From: Methanocella sp.
Lineage (GTDB): Archaea > Thermoproteota > Bathyarchaeia > Bathyarchaeales > Bathycorpusculaceae
Direction: 5' to 3'
Assembly (NCBI GenBank): GCA_050261115.1
Contig: JBLNCY010000013.1
Coordinates: 1 to 26,024 of the forward strand
Length of the DNA: 26,024 bases
A program made the translations under genes and the position numbers. Positions 18,782 through 26,024 of the stretch are shown here, in pieces. Under the pieces are notes generated by a model. That model had not been told where the DNA came from and ran no database searches. It saw nothing but the letters and a program-made list of their open reading frames with translations. Positions within the stretch are counted from its first letter, which is position 1; every line of letters begins with the position of its first letter.

Positions 18782-18878
18782 AATTAGGCACTCTGCGGTT
18801 GCTAAACTTTAGGCTGATTAGGCATATAAATGCTGATAATATAAAAATTGAGGGTTAAAACAGAGAGGAAAGGGGCGG

Positions 18879-20216
18879 TTAATTTTTCTTTGCGTACTCT
18901 AGTGCTTCCTCAACGCTTTGGAAGCCATACTTGACGCCGCAGAATTCTTTCTTAAGCGCCAAAACATCCACCTTAACCTCTGAAGGTTTACGCTTACCCT
19001 TAATGATATCAAGCATCAAGTCACAAAGATGCTTTATGTCGCCCTCCTTCATACCACGGCGGGTAACGTCTTGGAAACCAATACGGAGCCCCGAGGGGTT
19101 TTCTTTACCTCCTTGGTCATCATAAGGCAGCAGATTCTTGTTTATAATGATGTTTGCGTCTTCGAGGTCCTGTGCGACGCGGTTGCCGCCACCGAATGCT
19201 CGGATGTCAAGGGCGATTTGATGGCTGCGAGTGAAGCCTTTGTGCTCTGCTAGGACTTTGACGCCGTTTTCGTAGAGGTACTGGCCTGCGGTTTGGGCGT
19301 TCTTTATGATTTGAGTTGCCAAATCTTTGCCAAACACTTTCATTTCTAGGCAGGCTACACCCAAGGCAGGCAATCGGCCTAGGTGTGTGCTGGATGCTGT
19401 TAATGGGAATACGGCATGCTGTATTCTTTTGACTGCTTTTTCTTTTGCGGGTGTATCGGGGTTGCCCATGATGACGCCGCCTTGTGGGCCTGGGAAGGTT
19501 TTGTGTGTGGATGCGGTGATAAAGTCGGCGCCTTCCCGAAGGGGATCTTGGAATTGGCCGCCGGCGATTAAGCCGAGTACGTGGGCTGCGTCGTAGGCTA
19601 TGTATGCGCCTACTTCTTGGCAGACCTCTTTTAGTTCTTTAACTGGGTGCGGGAAGAGAAATAGGCTTCCGCCGAACGTTACGATGCCTGGTTTAGCGGC
19701 GCGTATGACGTAGGCCGATTTTTCTGGGTCAATGTTGTATTCGTTGATGTCATAGACGTGATTGATGTTGTCTATGCCAAGGATGCTGCCGGCTAGGCCC
19801 GTGTAGTCATGGCTTATGTGGGCGCCGCAGCTTAGAGGGGTGACAACCATTTTGTTATTTTTAGATGCTAAAGATAGGCCTTTAAACGTGGCTGTGTTCG
19901 CATGGGTGCCTGAGATCAAGCGGATATCTGCCCAAGTTGTGCCAAAAAGGTTCTTTACGGCGTCGCATGCGAGGTCCTCGATTTGGCTCATGTACTTTTG
20001 ACCTTGATAATACCTCTTCTTAACATGGCCCACCGCGTCGTTTTCGCCCTCTGCGTAGCGTGTGGCGAGGTCATGACTCATGTCAAGCATTTGGGAGACA
20101 GCAGGCGATTTTAGGCCTTCGCTGGCAATCATGTTTATGCATTCTTTCTCGCGGTACTGTTCATGTTTTTTGGAAGCTTCAATCAATTCTCTGACTATTT
20201 GGGGCATATCCGTCAT
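18879..20216 (-). CDS. glyA: Serine hydroxymethyltransferase (archaeal type)
   Basis: Likely start ATG 20216. Motifs INMIASE, RYAEG, YYQG, GAHISH, YDAAHVLGLIAGG, PLP lysine in STHKTFPGPQGG, NKNLLP, SGLRIG. Confidence 0.95.
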   Translation of the reverse strand: MTDMPQIVRELIEASKKHEQYREKECINMIASEGLKSPAVSQMLDMSHDLATRYAEGENDAVGHVKKRYYQGQKYMSQIEDLACDAVKNLFGTTWADIRLISGTHANTATFKGLSLASKNNKMVVTPLSCGAHISHDYTGLAGSILGIDNINHVYDINEYNIDPEKSAYVIRAAKPGIVTFGGSLFLFPHPVKELKEVCQEVGAYIAYDAAHVLGLIAGGQFQDPLREGADFITASTHKTFPGPQGGVIMGNPDTPAKEKAVKRIQHAVFPLTASSTHLGRLPALGVACLEMKVFGKDLATQIIKNAQTAGQYLYENGVKVLAEHKGFTRSHQIALDIRAFGGGNRVAQDLEDANIIINKNLLPYDDQGGKENPSGLRIGFQDVTRRGMKEGDIKHLCDLMLDIIKGKRKPSEVKVDVLALKKEFCGVKYGFQSVEEALEYAKKN

Positions 20217-20402
20217 TTGAGGGTCTTCCCACGCTCTAATTATCAACGTCATTAGGTCACGTGGTATTTAGCCATTACTAACCCAGAAAGAGGTTTCAGG
20301 GCATAAGAAAAACAGCACGCACCCATCAGAGAGAAGGCACTTTGTGGCACCCAACAGATGAAGGCGCTCTCTAGCTGATGATACAGCGCCTAGTTTGCTG
20401 CT

Positions 20403-21059
20403 TTAAGCCTCATACATAGTCGGGTCAGTTATGCCTGCTTCTTGGAAGGCTTTCTTTCGGTTCACGCATGATTCGCACCTGCCACAATGCTTTTTTGCAT
20501 CTCGATAGCACGACCAAGTGAGCTCAAGGGGCACGCCAAGTTTTTCTGCCTCTCTTAGCAGTTCAGATTTCCTGTAGCCGTTGAATGGAGCCCTAATCGT
20601 AATGTCCTGATCTGTGCCTAGTCGAGCTGCTTTCTCAAAAGCCTCATAGAATTCTCTTCGGCAATCCGGATAGTTGGGCTCATCAGAACCATGCGCACCA
20701 TAAAAGATCTCTCTTGCGCCAACTGCAGAGGCATAGGCGACGGCAACGGAGAGGAAGATGGCGTTTCGGAAGGGTACAATTATTGGGTTGCTAAATTCAG
20801 AGGTTAGGGGTATGTCGGTGTTGCATAGAGCGGTGACACTGCCGAATACTGCTTTGAGTTCCGAGAGGTCAACGATTTTGGTGGTGGTGCCGAGTTTTGC
20901 TGCGATTTGTTGTCCTATCTCGGTTTCTTTAACGGCGATTTGGCCATAGTTGAAGGTTATGGGGTAGATTTGGTAGCCTTGTTGCTTGGCCCAGTAGGCA
21001 ACCGTTGCAGAGTCAGGGCCGCCACTTAGGACAACGACGCATTTTTTGTTTTTGTTCAT
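20403..21059 (-). CDS. queC: 7-cyano-7-deazaguanine (preQ0) synthase
   Basis: Start reassigned to ATG 21059 (MNKNKKCVVVLSGGPDS), overlapping the queT stop (ATGA). Motifs FNYGQ, VPFRNAIFL, YPDCR and Zn site TWSCY...HCGRCESC. Confidence 0.95.
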   Translation of the reverse strand: MNKNKKCVVVLSGGPDSATVAYWAKQQGYQIYPITFNYGQIAVKETEIGQQIAAKLGTTTKIVDLSELKAVFGSVTALCNTDIPLTSEFSNPIIVPFRNAIFLSVAVAYASAVGAREIFYGAHGSDEPNYPDCRREFYEAFEKAARLGTDQDITIRAPFNGYRKSELLREAEKLGVPLELTWSCYRDAKKHCGRCESCVNRKKAFQEAGITDPTMYEA

Positions 21060-21565
21060 CTTTTTTCTACCTCTGTGCCGAGCCATCTTTGGACGCCTGT
21101 TTTCTTGAGTAACTTGAATAGTGGCCACCCGATTAGCACGCTTGCAATAAAGTTGCCGATGAATACATAGACTATGGTTGCCAGAAGCGGCAGTGATAGT
21201 ATGAATGATAGCATGTACCCGACGGTTATGCCTAAGATGGCTGAGTAGGCAGTGCAGGTTCCGATTACTGTGTAATCGTTTCGGGTCTTCCTATAAACGT
21301 AGAAGACTACCAGTGCCATGGCAAACGAGGGCACGGTATTTAGTAAATCAATGGGGCCTAGTGGTGATGGGATGTTGCCAATAAATACGCCTAAGGTATG
21401 TCCCAGCACTCCTGCTATGCCAAGCAATGGTATAGCTGCAACCATGCAATCTGCTATTCGCAGTTGGATGGCTCCAAAACTTAATCCTGGAATTACATTA
21501 ACAAGTACCGCATATAAGGCGGCGTATGCTGCTATTAGGGCTACTTCTTTGGTTTGTAGTTTCAA
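21056..21565 (-). CDS. queT: QueT-family (COG4708) queuosine/archaeosine precursor transporter
   Basis: 169 aa, about 5 TM. AALYAVL...SFGAIQLRIAD, GVFIGN..SPLGPID. TTG start with GGGAGG SD. Directly upstream of queC. Confidence 0.88.
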   Translation of the reverse strand: MKLQTKEVALIAAYAALYAVLVNVIPGLSFGAIQLRIADCMVAAIPLLGIAGVLGHTLGVFIGNIPSPLGPIDLLNTVPSFAMALVVFYVYRKTRNDYTVIGTCTAYSAILGITVGYMLSFILSLPLLATIVYVFIGNFIASVLIGWPLFKLLKKTGVQRWLGTEVEKR

Positions 21566-21641
21566 GTGTACTTTGCCTCCCTACTCCCGGGGTTTATAGT
21601 GTGGCGGAACGGGTGGGAAGCACCTCTCACCCGCCAACAAC
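21566..21641 (-). ncRNA. Candidate cis-regulatory leader RNA (putative preQ0/preQ1-type riboswitch)
   Basis: Leader GUUGUUGGCGGGUGAGAGGUGCUUCCCACCCGUUCCGCCACACUAUAAACCCCGGGAGUAGGGAGGCAAAGUACAC-UUG. Contains competing helices, an A-rich linker and an 8-bp anti-SD/SD pairing. Confidence 0.55.
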
Positions 21642-21663
21642 GGAGAGAAATATCTGACTTGCC

Positions 21664-21676
21664 TAAAAAGTTTTAG
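21664..21676 (-). promoter_or_regulatory. BRE/TATA-like promoter of queT-queC
   Basis: Minus strand CTAAAAC-TTTTTA (TATA at 21669-21664) predicts a TSS near 21640, at the 5' edge of the structured leader. Confidence 0.6.
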
Positions 21677-21704
21677 CAGCAACAATAAGAATCTCTGGGG
21701 TTCC

Positions 21705-22502
21705 CTAGTGGGCGGCGGGTTTTTGTGCCTGCTTCCATAGTGTCTCGTAATAGGCCATGATTACCCTAACAAACGCTGGATTATCTGACCAAAGCGACGG
21801 CGTCAGGTCATTATCCTGCTGTGTTCGCACACGCAAGTTAGCTACCTTACCATCGTATACTGCTGCCCCCATCGGGACAGTTTTATCGAGGTATCGGATC
21901 TCAAATAGATCACCGCTCTGTTTGCTGAGTTCCTTGTGTTTTTTATCTACTGCGGTGGGTTTTTCGGTTATAATCCGAACCTTTACGCCTCTTGCCCTCA
22001 ACTTGTCGTATGACTCTAAGGTAAAAAGAAGGAACCTTACAGTGCTCCAGTCACTGATGATGTCAAGGCTTTTAGTTGTGCTTGCGTCTGCGGCGGAGAA
22101 TCTCTCTAAGAGGAGTTCTTTTGAGTTTATTATTGAGAAGCCCTCAGTTTCTATTTGACTTGCCTGCTTGGGAGTTTTCTTCTGGAATTCCTCAACTAAC
22201 TCTTTAGCTTTCAATTTGGCTTCTGTGTATTCCTCTTTTTTCCGTTGAAGCAGCAGTGCACATCCGTCTTTTAGTGCGGTGGCTTCATACATGGTGGGTG
22301 TGCTGATAATCTTCTTTAGGAGACCCAATTTTTCTAGCGCTGGCACGATACGGTAGACGTCGGTTCGGGCTACCTCAGACTTTTCAGCAATTCTTCCAAC
22401 AGACGCCTTTTGCAGTGTAACTGCTGTCAGGTAAATCTTTGCTTGGAGAGGGGTTAATCCAAGTTTTTCTAGTGTTTTGACCTGTAACTCAACGTCTTCC
22501 AT
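21705..22502 (-). CDS. TrmB-family transcriptional regulator
   Basis: N-terminal wHTH (LEKLGLTPLQAKIY...VARTDVYRIVPALEKLGL), a coiled segment, and a PLD-like effector domain (RGVKVRIIT, AVYDGK, SLWSDNP, YYETLW). Confidence 0.88.
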   Translation of the reverse strand: MEDVELQVKTLEKLGLTPLQAKIYLTAVTLQKASVGRIAEKSEVARTDVYRIVPALEKLGLLKKIISTPTMYEATALKDGCALLLQRKKEEYTEAKLKAKELVEEFQKKTPKQASQIETEGFSIINSKELLLERFSAADASTTKSLDIISDWSTVRFLLFTLESYDKLRARGVKVRIITEKPTAVDKKHKELSKQSGDLFEIRYLDKTVPMGAAVYDGKVANLRVRTQQDNDLTPSLWSDNPAFVRVIMAYYETLWKQAQKPAAH

Positions 22503-22793
22503 GTGGTTCCCTCAAGGTTTGTCAGCGACGGGTGGCTCTTTATTGACTTATTTGGTGTTTATGGTATTTACTGTTTCCCTGAATAAGCCTCGGCACTGCG
22601 GGTCTTGGCTGTCTCGTCAATAACATGGCACACCTCGAAGATCGAATCTGGTGCCTCAAAAAGATACTTTGACTCCCGTTTGAGACAAAGCGGGTAGTGC
22701 GAAATCTTTAATTATTCCTTAGAAAGATTAAATCATGCTACTTCCTAGTGGATGGGCATCCGCAACAACGGAGTTTTAGGGAGCATCAAAAAC

Positions 22794-23438
22794 ATGTCAC
22801 AAAATAATCCAGCTAGCCAACTAGTCCTCAAAGGAACCACAACTATCGGCGTCGTCTGCAAGGATGGCGTAATCTTAGCTTCAGATACTCGTGTAACCAT
22901 GGGTTACTATGTTGCTCATAAAGCCGGCAAGAAAGTCTATAAAATCGATGAGCACATAGGCATGACCATAGCCGGCACCGTCGCCGACGCCCAACGCGTC
23001 GTGGACATCCTTATCGCCAATGCTCATTTGTACCGGATTAACATGAATCGGCCCATGCCCATCGCGTCAGCGGCACGGCTAGTGGGTAATTTGCTTTTCC
23101 AGAACCGCTACATTCCTCTGGCTACTCAGGTGCTAGTTGGAGGAGTAGATGACTCGGGTCCCCACGTCTATAACCTCGATCCCTATGGCAGCTTAACCGA
23201 GGAAAAGATGACCTCCACCGGTTCCGGTTCACCTATCGCGCTTGGTATACTTGAGGACAAATTCACGGAAGGCAACACCATAGCAGAGACCCTGCCAATC
23301 ATCGCCAAGGCTGTTAATGCAGCTATGAAGCGCGATGTTGCGTCAGGCAACAACTACAATATCATAGTTATTGATGAACACGGTTACAAGGAATTAACCG
23401 ACGAAGAAAAAGCTAAACTGCTAAGCGCAGGAAGTTAA
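22794..23438 (+). CDS. psmB: Proteasome beta subunit
   Basis: Likely start ATG 22794 behind GGGAG. Propeptide then KG|TTTIG, ASDTR, AGTVADAQ, TGSGSP, RDVASG. Confidence 0.96.
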   Translation: MSQNNPASQLVLKGTTTIGVVCKDGVILASDTRVTMGYYVAHKAGKKVYKIDEHIGMTIAGTVADAQRVVDILIANAHLYRINMNRPMPIASAARLVGNLLFQNRYIPLATQVLVGGVDDSGPHVYNLDPYGSLTEEKMTSTGSGSPIALGILEDKFTEGNTIAETLPIIAKAVNAAMKRDVASGNNYNIIVIDEHGYKELTDEEKAKLLSAGS

Positions 23439-23443
23439 CTACA

Positions 23444-25369
23444 GTGGCACGAACCCAAGAAAAAGATAGAGAAAAACTAGAAATCAGTCAATATATTCTT
23501 CAAAAAGTCCCCCGCGAAGCCGAAGTCACCCGTATCGAATACGAGGGCCCCATGCTAGCGGTTTACACTAAAAAACCCGAAATTCTAGTAGACCAAAGCA
23601 GCATCGTAGCAGAAATCGTGGGTGTAATACGCAAACGCATTGTCATTCGCCCAGACCCCTCCGTCCGACTCTCGGAAAATGAGGCGGAAAAAATTACACG
23701 CGATCTTATCGCACCCGAAGCCGAAATCACAGACATAAACTTTGACCCCAGCCTAGGCGAAATCATAATCGAGACCAAAAAACCTGGTCTAGTCATCGGC
23801 CGCAACGGTGCCGTACTGCAGGAAATCATCAAAAAAACAAAGTGGCGCCCCCAAGTCCTACGCAGCCCCCCCATCAAGTCAAAGATCGTCACTCACATGC
23901 GCCACTATCTTCACTCCGAGAGCAAAGAACGTGAACGCATTCTACGAACTGTCGGTGAACGTATCTTCCGACCCAAAGCTTACGACGTCGGCGACATCCG
24001 CTTAACAGTTCTTGGAGGCGCTCAGGAAGTCGGACGCTCATGCTTCCTGCTTAAGACCCGCGAAAGCAGCGTTATGCTTGACTGCGGCATCCACCCTGGC
24101 ACCAACCGGGGCTTTGAGGCGTTTCCACGGTTTGATTCACCAGAATTCCAAATAGACCAGCTTGATGCGGTCGTCATCAGCCATGCCCACCTTGACCACT
24201 GTGGTCTAGTGCCGTTCCTCTACAAATACGGCTATGATGGGCCTGTCTATTGCTCGGCGCCTACCTCTAACTTGATGACTATGCTTCAGATGGACTACCT
24301 TGACGTAGCCAACAAACAGGGCGTAGTACCCTTCTATGACCAAAAAGATGTTCGCGAATGCGTCCTACACACCATCCCACTTCGGTTTGGTGTAGTCACC
24401 GACATCGCCCCCGACATCAGATTAACCTTGCACAATAGCGGTCACATTTTAGGCGCAGCCATGTGCCACTTGCACATCGGCGAAGGACTCCACAACATCG
24501 TCTACACTGGCGACTACAAATTCGGTCGAACCATGCTGCTTGAAGCCGCAGCAACAGAGTTCCCACGCATTGAAACAGTCATCACAGAATCCACGTACAG
24601 CGGCCCCGATGACGTTACACCTAGCCGTATGGAGTCAGAAGAAGCAATCACAAGAATAATCAACGCCACCCTTGAACGCAGAGGAAAAGTTCTCATCCCG
24701 GTTCCAGCGGTCGGCAGAGCACAGGAAATCATGCTTGTGCTTGACGGCTACATGAAACGCGGCGCCATGAAGGAAGCACCCATATTCATCGAAGGCATGA
24801 TTAGCGAAGCAACAGCCATCCACACCGCATACCCCGAGTACCTCGGCAGAGAAGTACGCCATAGCATCCTCCACGAAGAAATCAACCCCTTCCAAAGCGA
24901 CTACTTCACAATCGTGGATCACCCAAGCCAACGCAGCAGCATCATAGAAGGCGAACCCTGTATAGTCCTAGCAACAAGCGGCATGCTCGAGGGCGGCCCA
25001 GTTATTGAGTACTTTAAGAATTGGGCACCAGACGAACGCAACCAAATCATATTTGTCAGCTACCAAGTTGAAGGCACCATGGGCAGACGCGTCCAGAAAG
25101 GTGTCAACGAAGTCACCATGATGGATAACGAGGGCAAGATGGTTGCCATAAGCGTAAAAATGGGAATAAACACCATCGAAGGCTTCAGTGGACACAGCGA
25201 CAGACGACAACTAGTCAACTACCTAACGCATCTCTCACCCAAACCTGAACGTATCTTTGTAGTTCACGGCGAGAAGCAGAAGAGCATAAACTTTGGTCAC
25301 TTTTTAGACAACAAAGCAAGCATAAATACAGTGGTTCCAGCTACTCTGGAAACCTTTAGGCTGCTGTAG
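23444..25369 (+). CDS. fttA: Beta-CASP ribonuclease aCPSF1 / transcription termination factor FttA
   Basis: 641 aa. Two N-terminal KH domains (KPGLVIGRNG), GGAQEVGRS, SHAHLDH, SGHILG, YTGD, VGRAQE, FSGHSD, VHGE. Conserved position after psmB. Confidence 0.96.
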   Translation: MARTQEKDREKLEISQYILQKVPREAEVTRIEYEGPMLAVYTKKPEILVDQSSIVAEIVGVIRKRIVIRPDPSVRLSENEAEKITRDLIAPEAEITDINFDPSLGEIIIETKKPGLVIGRNGAVLQEIIKKTKWRPQVLRSPPIKSKIVTHMRHYLHSESKERERILRTVGERIFRPKAYDVGDIRLTVLGGAQEVGRSCFLLKTRESSVMLDCGIHPGTNRGFEAFPRFDSPEFQIDQLDAVVISHAHLDHCGLVPFLYKYGYDGPVYCSAPTSNLMTMLQMDYLDVANKQGVVPFYDQKDVRECVLHTIPLRFGVVTDIAPDIRLTLHNSGHILGAAMCHLHIGEGLHNIVYTGDYKFGRTMLLEAAATEFPRIETVITESTYSGPDDVTPSRMESEEAITRIINATLERRGKVLIPVPAVGRAQEIMLVLDGYMKRGAMKEAPIFIEGMISEATAIHTAYPEYLGREVRHSILHEEINPFQSDYFTIVDHPSQRSSIIEGEPCIVLATSGMLEGGPVIEYFKNWAPDERNQIIFVSYQVEGTMGRRVQKGVNEVTMMDNEGKMVAISVKMGINTIEGFSGHSDRRQLVNYLTHLSPKPERIFVVHGEKQKSINFGHFLDNKASINTVVPATLETFRLL

Positions 25370-26024
25370 GAAGCGGCCCTTTATTTGCCACTGGCGCTGG
25401 AGTTTTCTCCCGCCAGATCCTCACTGGTTTTGGACAAATAACCACACGTTCCTCACCTAAACGTGCAATGTCGCCTTGAATAGACTCTGCAAAAGTAAAC
25501 AACTCATTTACAGCAGTCTTTACATCCTCTATGCTTTTACCCGCAAGGGGAGTTATACGCAGAATTATGATGTTACCGTTTAACACTTCATTCTTAACCG
25601 TTTCAACATCGGCTAAGTCCTTGAGAGGCATCGCCTTTAGGTACATTTTGCTGGCTGGCTCTTCTTTGGCGAGTAGTGGCTGTTCTTCTTGTGGGGGCGC
25701 CTGCTCGGCTGGTTTGGTTTCTTCCTGTGGGGCTGGTGCAGGGGTTTCTGTTGTTGGTTCTGGTTCGGTTTGTTCTTGGGGTATAGGTGAAGGTGCTTCT
25801 TGGGGTTGCTCCTGCATAGATGCCGTCTGCTCTGATTCTGTGGGGGGTTGTTCTTCTTTGGTTACTTCATTAGCCAGTTCTGGTGCTGGTGCGGCTGGTT
25901 CAGGTGCGGCGTCTTGTGCGGGTTGTGGTTCCTCAACGGGAGTTTCCTCTGGAACGGTTGTTTGTGGCGGCTGCTCTGGTTGTTTTATTAGTGTTTGCTG
26001 TTCTGGCTGTTTCTTTTTGTGGAA
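25356..26024 (-). CDS. sepF: Cell division protein SepF with long Pro/Glu/Gln-rich linker (5'-partial)
   Basis: C-domain YLKAMPLKDLADVETVKNEVLNGNIIILRITPL...GDIARLGEERVVICP. The frame stays open for 69 more codons upstream of ATG 25817 to the window edge (FHKKKQPEQ...). Confidence 0.85.
   Translation of the reverse strand, partial: FHKKKQPEQQTLIKQPEQPPQTTVPEETPVEEPQPAQDAAPEPAAPAPELANEVTKEEQPPTESEQTASMQEQPQEAPSPIPQEQTEPEPTTETPAPAPQEETKPAEQAPPQEEQPLLAKEEPASKMYLKAMPLKDLADVETVKNEVLNGNIIILRITPLAGKSIEDVKTAVNELFTFAESIQGDIARLGEERVVICPKPVRIWREKTPAPVANKGPLPTAA

Noticed and set aside
20253-20400. Glycine, ZTP or THF riboswitch, or C/D-box RNA, upstream of glyA
   Set aside because: The GAGAG/GAAGG/CTCTC-like words are on the wrong strand, and TGATGA has no properly placed D box. 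The AGGCGCT/AGCGCCT stem (20362-20391) is more simply a queC 3' hairpin.
21060-21128. N-terminal extension of QueC in the ORF track
   Set aside because: It lies inside queT. The ATGA overlap at 21059 and the motif position favour the later start.
1-26024. Pyrrolysine or selenocysteine readthrough, CRISPR array, tRNA/rRNA, transposase, intein
   Set aside because: The recognisable TAG/TGA-ending genes appear full length. I found no repeat-spacer periodicity, cloverleaf, transposase or intein motifs by eye.
25660-26024. Tandem DNA repeat at the window end
   Set aside because: The low complexity comes from Pro/Glu/Gln codons of the SepF linker, with no exact repeat unit.

Overview
Archaeal chromosomal segment, most likely Bathyarchaeia (inferred from the PQQ-like beta-propeller surface protein, TrmB paralogue, TATA-type promoters, psmB-aCPSF1 pair and archaeal SHMT). 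It is mostly housekeeping: ilvD, IMPase/FBPase plus a metallophosphoesterase, pyrF, single-chain aconitase, a LonC-type protease, Dph6 plus a class I glutamine amidotransferase, serA, glyA, queT-queC, trmB, psmB, aCPSF1/fttA and sepF. I saw no tRNA, rRNA, CRISPR array or transposase. The strongest novel signal is a ~75-nt structured 5' leader on the queT-queC operon. It has competing helices and an 8-nt loop segment complementary to the Shine-Dalgarno sequence, making it a candidate archaeal 7-deazaguanine (preQ0/preQ1-type) riboswitch. Other points of interest: a membrane-anchored winged-helix regulator divergent from a secreted Cys/His/Met-rich peptide, with three helically phased TGAAACA repeats between them; a 51-aa CdrS-like ribbon-helix-helix gene missed by the ORF track, with a palindromic operator; a glutaminase translationally coupled to Dph6; and a SepF with an unusually long Pro/Glu/Gln linker. 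All assignments come from motif reading only; no database searches were run.
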